This document shows positions 1 to 14,035 of a DNA stretch of 64,000 nt, in pieces. The notes beneath the pieces are model-generated. The model worked only from the letters and a program-made list of their open reading frames with translations. It did no database searches and was not told the origin of the DNA. How positions within the stretch are numbered: position 1 is the first letter of the stretch; the number at the start of each line of letters is the position of its first letter. The translations under genes and the position numbers were made by a program. The stretch is from Lingula anatina (Eukaryota; Animalia; Brachiopoda). The stretch covers positions 13,120,651 through 13,184,650 of the forward strand of contig CM120647.1 in NCBI GenBank assembly GCA_051362555.1, given 5' to 3'.

Positions 1-1175
1 AATTGCATAGAGTATTTAAAATGGTTGGAGGCTCGGACCAACGATGAAATGGTTGAAGTTTATCGTTTCCACAAGCAGCAAACTCAGCTTATACTTCACA
101 GCAGAGGTGAGTCTTCAATTGATTTTACCTCACAAATAATTGATTCCCTAAACGTAAAGAGACGAAATACGTTTAAGTATATAAACCACATCTCTAATTC
201 TCATTCCATTTCCATCTCAAACCCTTAAGGAACCGTAGACTTGATTTTCGCGCCAATTCTTGATTGTCCTCGGTAAAAAATACAAATCATTATTAGACCA
301 TTCCCTACACTTTCGATAGAAGTATTCTACCATTTTTATTAAATAAGTAGGCTATTAACGAATCATGATTCATTTGTCTAGATCTGCCATATTTTGTCTG
401 AAATTACAGAAGAAAAATCGAAATTGGTACTTTTATTTCGGTGGTTTCTCATTTTGAAAGTTTGAATTAAAAAGGAAAATAAGATTGCAGGATATGTAGA
501 CGTGAACGTAAAATTTAGGGAAAATTTCAAACTAGAATAGTTTGCATAATAATTACGAGAATACGGCATTATTCTTGAAATATTAATACCAATTTCTCAA
601 TTTTTGTTGCGGGATTTAAATAGGTTGTCGATTTGTTTTTAGGAGCCGTGAACAGTGATCGGCCAATGGTTTTTAAAGATAATTTCCACAGTCTGTATTT
701 GGATGCCCTACTTAAGGTGTATCCTGAAGCAATCTTCATTCACACCTACCGCAATCCAAGCGCATCCGTAGCTTCCCTGTGTTCCGTCTTCGAAGCATTG
801 AAACTTCTTCTCTATAAGGATCATGGCATCGACTTAAAACAACTTGGCAGGGAGGTATTAAACTGGTCATTTTTTCATGGTGGAATAGAAATGATGAATT
901 TTCGGAGGAACCACCCAGACCTGGAGCACAGATTCATCGACATTGCGTTTGACGACCTCGTTATATCACCCATGGATGCTGTGAAGAAAATATACGATCA
1001 CTTTGGCCTGGAACTGACTGACCAAGGGAAAGACAACATGGAGGCCTATGTCAAGGAAAATCCACAAAACAAATATGGCCGCCACAAGTTTGACCTGAAG
1101 CGTTATCACCTGACAGAAGAGGAAGTTATGGAGCACTTTAAAGAATATGTGGAGGAGTTCAAAATCCCATGTTGA
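1..1175 (+). CDS. Sulfotransferase (Sulfotransfer_3/Stf3-like) copy A, 5'-truncated by the window; exon 3 end 1-106, exon 4 643-1175
   Basis: GT donor at 107 and AG acceptor at 641-642 join in frame (R-G-A-V-N-S-D). Exon 4 is 533 nt, the same as in copies D and E, and is open to TGA. It encodes VFKDNFH, PEAIFIHTYRNP, FIDIAFDDLV and KYGRHKFDL, motifs typical of the PF13469-type sulfotransferase C-terminal half. Confidence 0.85.
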
Positions 1176-2288
1176 CTTATTATCAGTTAGCTTTTATTAT
1201 CCAGCGTATAGTTGGAATTTTTTTAGGGCTTACTAAGTTAATAATTAATACCACGTTTTGCTTAAATGCTTGAGATTTCCTATACCTTTTTCATAAGTTT
1301 ACTAGGTGTCATAGTGGCGATAAATATACCATTTTAATGAAAAGCATTGATATCATTAAAGAGATAACAACCATTCGTTGATATTTCACAATAAATACAT
1401 TGTAAACAACTTATTGAAATGTATTATATTCCATTTTACGACCAAAACAGTATTTATCGTAATTATATATCATGGAATATGTACTTGCCATCGGACCAAG
1501 TGACATACAAAGATGGCTACCCCTTTTTATATAGGAGATTATTACACAAAAAAATTTGTGTTTAATCATGTTAAATATGGTGTCTGGAATAAAAAGCAAT
1601 GTTTATTTAAATATTCACCTGTGATGTGATCATTTGTAAATAAAAGCACATGGAATCAGGAGTGGGCCAACCTTTTTTACCAATGTTGTATACTGTATTT
1701 TACCACCAAATCTAAGTTTATTCGAGAAAAGAACAGTTTTCTCCTACTCTAGAACCTTGCTTAATTGATCCAGCAATATTAGTTGAGTGTCAAATATCTC
1801 GTGTCCTTTCACGAAATTAGCCGGAGTCATCTGAGATGGTGTGCACTTTTTGGCTGAAGACAATGTTATCTTTAAATTATAAAACCGATTGCTGTAAAGA
1901 TACGGAATCGTATAAACCCCATTCGTCTGACCCAATGGGATTGTGTTTTGAATCCCTACACCATCTTTCCACCCAAAAAATATTGCTTGTTAGATTTCTC
2001 AGTTTAAGCTTCGAAACAAAAACATTGGAAATACCTTGACAAACCTTTATCATGTATACGCCAGCATTTCCTGAAAATCAGTTGTCAATGACAGACAGTA
2101 CGTGATGCAATTGTCATGCATGGTGACTTAAATGGGTTTCTGTGTTTCACATTCAGCACTTCAGACACATTGACTCAGTTTTAGGATACGCCTTTGAATA
2201 AACCTTATTCAATACAAATAAAAGGCTGGCACAGGTATTTGAGATACAGAAATAGGTGTTTTACCTTTCGTGCAAACAATTCCGCATA

Positions 2289-2821
2289 ATGTCCCAAGAA
2301 CAACCGATTCCTCTCACAGAGGAAAGGATTATCAGTCATTTCTCCGAAGAAGACCGTACGTTGCTGTTGTCGGATACCCTCACCGGCCGCTGGTGGTATG
2401 AAGGATTTACTTATTATCATATTGAAACTAAGTTCCTTAATGATCCTATAGGAAATTGACCCAATTTCCTATAGAATCCTATAGGAAATTGACCCAATTT
2501 CCTATAGAATCCTATAGGATCTTATAGGATCCTATAAGACATTTTTGTAAGGGATGGCCTTCGCTGCAGGATACGCTTAAATGCCCAGTAAACATTGACC
2601 TCATGGTTCAGCGGGTAATGACTTGACAGTCTAAGAAAGTCCTTTTTGCCCCGCATCTCCAATTCATTCAAATATAGATGTAGGCCTACATGGTGAATAC
2701 GGGTCCGATCGGTTGTAATGTGTTTCCATAACACGTGCTTGTTAACTGAGTGAACAAGGCTACAGCCCTTGCGCAATGGTGTCTGTATGTGTTTGCAAAA
2801 TAATATTTAAGAATATTTTAC

Positions 2822-2852
<31 letters not shown>

Positions 2853-3401
2853 GGTTTTGTGTTGCTTGTGTGGAAGGGAAGTAAGAATACCCCACTCTCC
2901 AGGTTTAACAAGATTATTTACCCAGAATGTTTTCTTAGTTTTTTTTTTTTGTGTGTGACCAAGTCATTTTTGGGCAAAAATCCACAGCTAAATTTTCCAA
3001 AGTAACAAATATGGCTGGATAAGTGTACTTATTCAGAGGTCTGCAAAGTAATTTATCGACCTTTTCCTGTTTGTGATAATTTTACTTATTCAGCCAGCTA
3101 GATATGTTACGACATACTGATTTTAGGCAACTATTAAAACCGGTTAAAGCAATAACTGAAACGGCTGATCCGTACAAATGCCGGACTTAGTTACATCACC
3201 CGTGGATACCGTGAAGAAAATATGCGATCACTTTCGCCTGGAACTGACCGACCAAGGGAAAGACAACATGGAAGAGTATGTGAAGGAAACCCACAAAACA
3301 AATATGGCCGCCATGAGTATGACCTGAAGCGTTATCACCTGACAGAAGAGGAAGTTTTGGAGCACTTTAAGGAATATGTTGAGGAGTTCAAATCCCATGT
3401 T
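2289..3401 (+). pseudogene. Sulfotransferase pseudogene copy B (collapsed paralog of copy D)
   Basis: Exon 1 start (MSQEQPIPLTEE...WWYEGFT) is interrupted at ~2417 by a repeat insertion. 2553-3185 matches pieces of copy D intron 1. It then joins directly to the 3' part of exon 4 (~3190-3401; NKYGRHEYDLKRYHL), so exons 2-3 are missing. Confidence 0.8.
2418..2552. repeat. Palindromic minisatellite / transposon-end insertion in pseudogene B
   Basis: Two 33-bp units ATCCTATAGGAAATTGACCCAATTTCCTATAGA, each internally palindromic, followed by ATCCTATAGG-type 10-mers and ending TTTTTGTAAGG(G). It is absent from the homologous position in copy D. Confidence 0.7.
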
Positions 3402-4172
3402 GATTACGATCAATTAACTTTTATTACCCATCGTATAGTTGGAATTTTTTGGTTATATTATGTCGGTAATTAATACCACTGCTTAAATACTTTAGCGTTT
3501 TACCTCTTCTATGCCTTTGTTACATTTACTAGGTGTCATATAGTGAAAACGTCGCAACAATCATACCATTTCATCAAAAGCAGTAAAATCATTAAAGCGA
3601 TAACAACCATTCGTGGGGGATTCATATTTCACAATAAATACATAGTAAACAACTCACTGAAATATAATAAATTCCACCAAAACAGCAATTTAGCCCGTAA
3701 TCAGAGCTTTGTTATTTACCTCCCACATCACCCGAATACTAGGTCCATTTAAAACTAATACAAAAAAGTATTTTGCCACCAGAATGCGCTGAGTTCCTTC
3801 CGCAATTGCTGCTCTAGGAAACGGTCTTCAGTTTCAAACACCCGCACTAAGTAATGCAAAGATACAATGAGTAGGGTAAAACATGGTGGTGTCTAAAACG
3901 CATTGTCCAATCATAGAAAGTCGTTTAAGGTGATGCGCACTATTTAGTTCAAGATATATGGTGAGATGTCCTTATAATCTAGGACACTACTGTAACTCAA
4001 AGTCCGCCATAGATAAACGGCCATTAAGTAAGGTATTTTAGCGTTAGTAGCCGACTTCCTTGGGCTACCTGATGCAGATTTCTATCGGCGTTAGCTTAGT
4101 ATAGTAACTAGTCTTTGAGATATATACGGATCCAGTACGTGTAAATTGAGGATTGAGATTGGTCGTTATACT

Positions 4173-6142
4173 TGTCCCAAGGACAATCAATTCCTCTCAC
4201 AGAGGACAGTATTTTCAGTCATTTCTCTGAAGAAGACCGTGAGTTGCTGTTGTCGGATACCCTCACCGGTAACTGGTGGTATGAAGGATTTACCTTATTA
4301 CTGAGGTGCTTTCGTGAAGACAAAACTATAAATTTGTCAGGAAGATAGAGAATTGAAAGACGCTTGGTTGACGTCCTTAGAAACAGACTAGCGATATCTC
4401 AACGACTGCCCTCAGTTGACTTAAGCAAGGTTAGAACATACTGTTTTCTTTTAAGTGAGTTTTGATTGTTTTCACTTAACTTGGTAATGATATGATATGT
4501 AATGCATGTTTTTTCGGACAGTATTTATATATATTTTCAGATCTCAATCAAACTGCCGATATTCATAATTGGTCCTCCGCGCACTGGAACCACTTTCCTC
4601 CAAAAGCTCTTATTCTCCGATCCACAGAATACAAGCCTGAAGTTTTATGAGCTTCTGCAACCAGTTGTAGATGCCGATACCGCCGTCGAGGACCCACGAA
4701 TTTTGAAAACTACACAAGCAATAGGTAAACAACATTAAACAGATATTGTCGCTCAATGTGTCTAAAGAATTCCCTGGTGTAAGAGTATTAAATGATGAGG
4801 TTGTACTCCAAAATACCTTCTATAGAACTATTTTTAAAATATACATTCAATACAGAGTGAAACAAATTCGTTTCAGCCAAGCTATATGCCAGCAGACCGG
4901 ATTTGGAAACCATGCACAAGGAGGAGGCTATCGGTCCGGAAGAAGATCATGCTCTATTTGATAACATCGGTTTGTTTAAGGAAAACATGTTCCAAGGCAA
5001 CAATTGCATAGAATATTTAAATTGGTTTGAAGCTCGGACCAGTGATGAAATGGTTGAAGTTTATCGTTTCTACAAGCAGCAAACTCGGCTTATACTTCAC
5101 AGCAGAGGTGAGTATTCAATTGGTTTTACCTCACAAATAACTGATTCCCTAAACGTAAAGAGACGTAATACATTTGAGTAAATGAACCACATCTCTCATT
5201 CTCGGTCCATTTCCATCTTAAACCCTTCAGGAAGCGTAGACTTTCGCGCTATATCTTGATTGTCCTCGGAAAAATACAAATCATTATTAGACCAGTTTCT
5301 GAACTTTCGTTAGATGTATTGTACCATTTTTCACTAAATAAGTGGCCTATAAACGAACCATGATTCACTTGTCTAGATCTGCCATATTATATCTGAAATT
5401 GCAGAAGAAAAATTCGACATCGTGTACTTATGTTTCGGGGGGTTCTCATCTTGAAAGTCTGAAATAAAAAGGAAAATAGATATGAAAGTTTAATTTAGGG
5501 ACACTTTCAAACCGAAACAGTTTGCATAATAATTACGAGAATACAGCGTTATTCTTGAAACATTTTTCAATTTTTGATGCGAGATTTACATAGCTTGTCG
5601 ATTTGTTTTTAGGAGCCGTGAATAGTGATCGGCAGATGGTTTTTAAAGATAATTTCCACAGTATGTATTTGGATGCTCTACTTAAGGTGTATCCTGAAGC
5701 TTGATCTTTGTTCACACCTACCGCAAGCGCATCCGTAGCTTCCCTGTGTTCCGTCGTCGAAGCATTGAAACATCTCATCTATGAGGAACATTGCATCTAC
5801 TTAAAACAACTTGGCAGGGAGGTATTAAACTGGTCATTTTTTCATGGTGGAATAGAGATGATGAATTTTCGGAGGAACCACCCCGACCTGGAGCACAGAT
5901 TCATTGACATTGCAAATAACGACCTCGTTACATCACCCCTGGATGCTGTGAAGAAAATATACGATCACTTTGGCCTGGAACTGACCAATCAAGGGAAAGA
6001 CAACATGGAGGCGTATGTCAAAGAAAACCCACAAAACAAATATGGCCGCCACAATTACGACCTGAAGCGTTATCACCTGACAGAAGAGGAAGTTTTGGAG
6101 CACTTTAAAGAATATGTGGAGAAGTTCAAAATTTCTTGTTGA
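4173..6142 (+). pseudogene. Sulfotransferase copy C, probable pseudogene; exons ~4173-4429, 4541-4724, 4877-5107, 5613-6142
   Basis: All splice sites are canonical and exon 2 carries the PAPS-binding loop IFIIGPPRTGTTFLQ. However, there is an in-frame TAG at 4346-4348 (CAG in copy D) and a +2/-5 indel pair in exon 4 that creates TGA at 5702-5704. No ATG is present at the start position (TTG). Confidence 0.8.
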
Positions 6143-7201
6143 TTATAATTAATTAACTTTTATTACCCGTCGTATAGTTGGAATTTTTAGGTTTTGGTAC
6201 GTTTATAATTAATACCACGTTTTGCTTAAATACGTAAGCTTTCCTATACCTTTTTCATAAGTTTATTAGGAGTCATAGTGCCGATAAACATACCATTTTA
6301 ATCAAGAGCATTGATACCATTAAAGAGATAACAACCATTTGTTTGGGATTAATATTTAACAACAAAACATTGTAAAGACCTCGTTGAAATATAATATGTT
6401 CCATTTTACCACCAAAACAGAACTTACATGTATCGTAATTATATATCATGGAATATGTGCTTGCCATCGGACCACGTCTACACCTTTTTATATAGGAGAT
6501 AATTACACAAAATAACGTTTCTTAAAACATTTACCTGTGATGTGATCATTTGTAAATTAAAGCACATGGAATCAGGGGTGGGACAATCTTTTTGACCAAT
6601 GTTGTACACCGTATTTTACCACCAAATCTAATTTTATTCGAGAAAAGAACAAATTTTCCTACTCTAGGACTTTTGCTTAATTGATCCGGCAATATTAATT
6701 GAATGTCAAATGTCTCGTGTCCTATCACGAAATTAGCCGGGGTCATCTGAGATGGTGTGCACTTTTTGGCTGAAGACAATGTTATCTTTAAATTATAAAA
6801 CCGCTAGCTAGAAAGATACGGAATCGTATAAACCCCATTCGTCTGACCCAATGGGATAATGTTTTGAAATCCCTACACCATCTTTCAGCCCAGACAGTAT
6901 TGCTTGTTAAATTTCTCAGTTTAAGCTTCGAAACAAAAACATTGGAAATACCTTGACAAGCCTTAATCATGTATATGCCAGCATTTCCTGAAAATCAATT
7001 GTCAATGACAGACAGTACGTGATTCAATTGTCATGCATAGTGACTTGGGTTTCTGTGTTTTACATTCAGCACTTCAGACACATTGACTCAGTTTTAGGAT
7101 ACGCCTTTGAATAAACCTTATTCAATACAAATAAAAGGCTGGCACAGGTATTTGAGATACTTAAGTAGGTGTTTTACCTTTCGTGCTAACAATTCCGCAT
7201 A

Positions 7202-10200
7202 ATGTCCCAAGAACAACCGATTCCTCTCACAGAGGAAAGTATTTTCAGCCATTTCTCCGAAGAAGACCGTAAGTTGCTGTTGTCGGATACACTCACCGGT
7301 CGCTGGTGGTATGAAGGATTTACCTTATTATTGAGGGGCTTTCGTGAAGACAAAACTATAACTTTGACAGGAAGACAGGAGATTGAAAAACTCTTGGTTG
7401 ACGTCCTTGAAAACAGACTAGCGATATTTAGACGACTGCCCTCAGTTGACTTAAACAAGGTTAGTACACTGTACATGTACTGTATATATGGTATCTATAC
7501 GGTATATAAGGTATGTTTTGTTGACATATATAGGTAGGACAAAAGTGGCGGTTCAGTCGATTGGGCAACAAAACGTGTGTCGACACTTTAGTTTTGGACC
7601 TATCATTTATTATTGATGGTCTTCACTGCAGGATACGTTCAAATGCCCAATAAACATCAACCTCGTGGCTCAGCTGGTGATTACTGTAATTATACTTGAA
7701 TACGAAATTGTCAGCCAGATATCAGTAGGGGTGGGAAAATGACAATTTTTTTTAAAAACAGGTGGGTCCTATGGCCATTTTTGCTGCTGAACACAAATCT
7801 GACAATTTTTTTTTTTACCAAAGCTAAAGATTTATATTGTTATCTGCTATTTGTTTGTGAAAAAAGGCGAAAAATGGCTTTTTGGCCATATTTTCACAGT
7901 AAAGTACATAAAAATGATGTGTAATATGTCTTTCTATATGTTTTGAGGGTTGCTGAGTTCAAATATCAGCATATTCAAGACATTGGCAATATTGGTATGG
8001 TGACATCTGTAAAAATATGCTATTTAAAAAAAAACATATACATACAATACACACTTCGAGCCTAAGATAAATACAAATAATGGCCATTATGTACATACTG
8101 AATTCATGGATTACAGTTTGCTATAAAAACAATGCTGAAAATACCTTCATGGATGTGTACCAACAAGTGTTATGCTGTATATTTTTCCTTTTCTTCAGAA
8201 CAGGTAAAACTTTGTCAGGTGACATCAACCTCTTACAACCTCTAAGCTCTTGACCTTGGAATAGTACTGAGTTCAGTTGCGTAGTTTAAGAGTATCTCAC
8301 CACCACTATGAAAGCATCAACAAGAAATACACTGAGACCAGAAGGCACTGTATTATCAGATAGTCTAATAGCTCCTAATATCGCCCTCATATTGCTGTTG
8401 GGGTTTTCTGTGTTTCTCCGAACGAAATAAATTTTTGCCCCGCATTTCCCATTTACTCCGATACAAATCTACACGATGTATACGGACCCTCTTAGTGCTA
8501 ATTAATATAACCTCCATAACATGTGCTTTATAACTGAGTGAACTAGTTTATAGGCCTAGGCCTAGCACAATGGTGTCTGTATCTGCATGTGGGCATATAT
8601 TTACTTTTTTGGACACGCTGCACATTTTCATACGAATTTGTATACCATTTTTAATTTGCGCAACATTGTTTGACAAAAAGGTTTTTGTGTTATGTGTGCG
8701 GAAGTTCGAGCACTCCTTATATTTGACATACATTGGCATTTTTTTGTGTCCAAGTCATTTTTGGACAAAATCCCACAGCTAAAATTTCCGAAATGACAAA
8801 AATGGTTGGATAAGTGTACGTATATTCAGAGGTCTGCAATGCAACTTATCGACCTTTTTCCTGTGATAATTGTACTTATTCAGCCAACTAGCCATGTTAC
8901 GTTATACTGATTTTCAACTATGAAAACCGGATAAAGCAATAACTGAAACAGCTGAGCCGTACAAATGCCGGATTTCTGATTCGGTAGTGGGCCAGAAGCG
9001 TGCCGGATTTTGATCCAGGTGGTGAGCTGGGGTCAAATCCTTATGCTTGGGTGTGAATTGCATGAATAACCCACATCTTAATCGAAGAAAATTTTGACTG
9101 GGTATTTCAAATGCTTAACCCTTATCTTTGCATAACTTCAGCTGTAGTTTGGTAAAACAAGAACGTAAATCATAGTTTCGAGGATAATTCACATGTATGA
9201 ACTTTTTTTCAGATACCAATCAAACGGCCGATATTCATAATTGGTCCCTGTCGCACTGGGACTACTTTCCTCCAAAAGCTCTTATTCTCCGATACGCAGA
9301 ATACATGCCTCAAGTTTTATGAACTAATGCAACCAGTTGCAAATGTTGCTCCCGACGCCGAGGACCCACGAATTTTGAAAACTACACAAGAAATAGGTAA
9401 GCAACATCTAAAATGATATTGTTTTACAATGAGACTAAATAATTCACAGTTGAAGTATCATATAGTGCCTGTGGGATATAAAAACTTGATCTAGCTGCTC
9501 TCTGGATTTGCACGAAAATAATTATTGAAAAAATCGTTATTTAGTCAGGATGTATGCTACCAGACCGGATTTCAAAACCATCCACTACTTTGAGGCTACC
9601 GAACCGGAAGAGGACCACTATCTTTTTTTTAACATCGGTGTGTTCAAGGATTACGCGCTCCAACTGTGTAACTATGGAGAGTATATAAAGTGGATGCAGT
9701 CACGGACCAACAATGAAATGCTTGAGGCTTACAGTTTCCATAAACAACAGACTCAGCTTATATTACATGGCAGAGGTAAGTCTTAGACTAGTTTAATTCT
9801 GCACGTTCTTCTTTAGTTTATAAGTTAGCAATACAAGTGTTTTTCTTATTATCTAATATAGTCCGTATTGTCAACCAGGCAAAACACAATACTAACAACA
9901 GAATTTATTTTCCACACACTTTCTTAAATGCTTTTTATCACCATACCAAAAGTTATTCTTAAGTCATATCCCTGCTTGGTTAACGTGAATATACAAACTG
10001 GCCCCCAATTGCCATATATGTATGCTCTTGTCTCATACCACTATTTCAATCCATTTATGCAATAGAAATCAGTCCATGACCACAACTTTATTGTTTAGAA
10101 TCAAATATGGAAATTAGAATAAAATATGGCTGCCAACAAAACAGTTCAAATGTGTATTTCTTATTCTCTAATATAATTGGGTATGTACACCACATATCTC

Positions 10201-11052
10201 ACTCTCATCCAATTTCAAACCTAAATGGATACTTCAATGTTTTTTGTCATGAAAAATGTCAGTTGATAAAAGACAATTGAACCCGTCCCAGCACTTACGT
10301 GATTTAAATTTCAACGGTCTGCCTGATTTCACATTAGATACATTTTAATGAGGATTTTTATCTTTTTGGTGTCTGAATTTAGAAAAACACTTGGATTTGC
10401 AAGGCATCTAGTCATATAAAAATGCAAATAGTACATTGCCTCAAATAAGTAGAACGGGATGTCAGTTTTGAGCAAATTTTTACCTGGCAGGATTGAAAAA
10501 ATTGGCGTTTTGGCTTCAGAATCTCCGAACAGTGATCTGCGAATGGTGTTTAAAGATAATTTCCACAGTCTATATTTGGGTGCCCTACTAAAGGTGTATC
10601 CAGACGCAATCTTCGTTCACACCTACCGCAATCCATGCTCCACCGTCGCTTCCTTATGTTCTTTTCGTGAAAAGTTCAAACCGCTTTCTTCTGAGGAACA
10701 TGATGTTGACGTAAAGCAAATTGGCAGAAAGGTTTTAAAGACTACAAACATCAACTGTACAAAAGAGATGATGTATTTTAGAAAACAACACCCAGAGCTG
10801 GAGCACAGATTCATCGACATTGCATATGGCGACCTTACTACATCACCCATGGATGTTGTGAAGAAAATATACGATCACTTTGGCCTGGAATTGACCGACC
10901 AAGGAAAACACAACATGGAGGCGTACGTCAAGGAAAATCCACAAAACAAATATGGCCGCCACAAGTACGACCTGAAGCGTTATCACCTGACAGAAGAGGA
11001 AGTTTTGGAGCACTTTAAAGAATATGTGGAGGAGTACAAAATTCCTTGTTGA
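7202..11052 (+). CDS. Sulfotransferase copy D, apparently intact, ~401 aa; exons 7202-7459, 9213-9396, 9545-9775, 10520-11052
   Basis: GT-AG introns. Exon lengths 258+184+231+533=1206 nt give an open frame. Motifs: IFIIGPCRTGTTFLQ (5'-PSB loop), EPEEDH, VFKDNFH, PDAIFVHTYRNP..VASLCS, KYGRHKYDL. Confidence 0.88.
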
Positions 11053-11763
11053 TTATAATTTATTAACTTTTATTACTCGTCGTATAGTTGGAATTTTTCA
11101 GGTAGTGGTACGTAAGTAATTAATACCACGTTTTGTTTAAATGCGTAACCTTTCCTATACCTTTTTCATAAGTTTATTAGGTGTCAAAGTGCCGATAAAT
11201 ATACCATTTTAATCAAAAGCATTGATACCATTAAAAAGATAACAACCATTTGTTTGGGATTATTATTTCACAATAAAAATATTGTAAAGACCTCGTTGAA
11301 ATATAATATGTTCCATTTTACCACCAAAACAGCAGTTATCATAATTATATATCATGGAATATGTGCTTGCCATCGGACCACGGTACACCTTTTTATGTAG
11401 GAGATTGTTGCACAAAAAAATTTGTGCTTAATCATGTTAAATGTGGTATCTGGAATAAAAAGCACTGTTTATTTAAACATTTACCTGTGCTGTGTTCATT
11501 TGTTAATTAAGGCACATGGAATCAGGAGTGGGACAATCTTTTTGACCAATGTTGTACACCGTATTTTACCGTCAATAACTGACAGTACGTGATATCTAGA
11601 TGACTGCATGCTGTCAATTGACATATAAAAGGTTAGTACGCTGTACATGTACATGTACATATCGCATCTATAGACCGTACACCAAGAGAAATTTGCATCA
11701 AACAGCCAACCAACCAAGTCTCTTACAACGCAAATATCTAAGTTTGGGGTCCTACATCTGTTT

Positions 11764-11933
11764 ATGTGACAGGAATAGTAGTCGGCTAAAAGCTGCATGA
11801 AAGCTGTTCCCCATTACTTTGCACTGGTAAAATTCGTCTCATATACTAACCCCAATACTACGACTGACCCTAATCTGTACAAATGATGTGGGACCCCGGA
11901 CTACCATTCCTAGGAGTACTATTCCTGTCACAT
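11764..11933. mobile_element. MITE-like element (170 bp)
   Basis: Perfect 17-bp terminal inverted repeats ATGTGACAGGAATAGTA / TACTATTCCTGTCACAT, with internal CTAACCC-like motifs. Confidence 0.65.
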
Positions 11934-12453
11934 GGGACCAGAACCACCATTGGAAGGCTCTGTGACAAGACACTCAGTGTGAATGCCCTTTGTGTTGCGT
12001 GTAACTCTTTAACAGTTGGTAATTAGTAAATATGGAGATTCAAAATTACGCTGTAAATGGATGCTTTATAACTTAAAATCAGCCATGCATTTTAGTTTGC
12101 TTTAAAAGTTATTAAAAGACGATACATTACTGGGGCATCATTTTATTTCTGTTTGGTTTGGATTTATGTTATTACACGTGTGTCCTTGTCTTTATTTACA
12201 CCATATCTCTGTAACTTGTTTTAAACTTCACTACATTTAAGGACTGCGGTCCTGAAACATTATGCTTAATCAATTGCTCCCTGTTTTTTTCTTGGCATGA
12301 GTGTTAGAAATAAGGAATAATAAAGTACATAATGATAACCCATGCATATATTGAATTGCTTCAATCAACAGCAAAATTCAGTTTTGAAACTGTGGTTGTT
12401 TCTGATTCTCTGATAACACCAGGATAAATAACATTTCACAGGGTCAAAGCTCA

Positions 12454-13988
12454 TTACTGAGGTCTGCAAAACTCCACAAATTCTTCGAAATATTCCAACA
12501 CTTCTTCCTCTGTCAGATTATAGCGTTTCAACCCATACGCGTGCTGGCCGTATTTGTTTTGCGGATGGTCAGTAACGTAAGTAGACATCTTGGCTTCCCC
12601 TAACGCCGTCAACTCCAAGCCAAAGAAGTCGTAAATCTCCTTTACAACTTTCATTGGCGATGCAACAATATCTACGTAATCTACATCGCAGAATCGGTGC
12701 GCTTCTTCTGGATGTTTCTTTCTGTATCGAACCATTTCATTTCCACCGTGAAGCAGCAGAGACCGCATGGTATGTTGGCCAAAATCATACAGGTCTATGT
12801 TCTTAGGCTTGGACACGAAAGTAGCAAACCTTTTTGATAACAGTGAACATACGGACGCGGTCGTCTCACAGGGGTCGCGGTAAGTACTGATAAAGCGGGC
12901 GTCCGGGTAAACCTTCAGTATTGCCTCGAGATTCGCTGCGTGCGTCGACTCTTTGAAAATCACTTGTTTGTTGTTTAATACGGTGTCTGAAATAGTATTT
13001 ATTTATTCATTGTTATTTTTTGGCCATTTTTATCTAGAAGAAGTATTCAAAACGCGAATGATACGTTATCATTATCATAAGTGATCAGTGACATATCAGT
13101 GACGTCATCACGGCCCTCTGGTGAAGGGTCGAAGTATTATATGTGCCTCAAACGTCAAAACACATTTAGTCTCTTCGAATACGATTACCACAACTTATCC
13201 TGTTTGAGATACAATTCGACCCTTAACGTACTGTCAATCGTGCTTGTGGCAATAATATGATGATACCAAAGTTTTAAATAGATTTCGGTTTCAAAATACA
13301 TGTACCCGTAAACAATTGTCCATACCTTTGCCCCTTGCTAAGAATATGATTTGCATCTGAAGTTTATGGAAACGGTAAGCTTCCACCATTTGATCCTTGG
13401 TGAGCGTCCTTCGCCATGCCTCGTAATCCTGGATGTTGGAAGTGAAGAAAAGGAAGTTCTTAAAAAGCCCCATATTTTCCATCAGATTGAAGCACTCGTA
13501 AGGCCCTGTTGCCCGTATGTAGTGGATCGCTCTCAACTCTGGCGTTGCTGTGTATCGTGATCCTGCGTATGAGACACATTTATAAATTCCGTATTACGTT
13601 TTGGTTATCTTGGAACTGTACATCTTCCTACGTGTAGACTGGAAAGTGAAAGTCAGTGACTCGTTCTCGTTTACAGAGGTGTTAACTTTATGGAGTAGCA
13701 TTTAGAGCTGAGTAAAACACAATTACACATCGTTAATGTGTATTGCAGTATTGTCACCCCTACATTTTCACGTCATGTACATTGTACAAGACTCCCATTT
13801 TAAACCCAACCACGTAAAATATAGCCCATTTCTGCCTTATGATATGCATGTTTCATCAAAATCAGCGTATGACTTTTTGAGTAGTGCTGACGAAAAACAG
13901 ATAAACAGGCTAACAGATGAATGGAGGTGAGAACATTAAGCCACCTTGGCCGAAGTAACAAAATAACAACAACAGCAGCAGTACCAGC

Positions 13989-14035
<47 letters not shown>

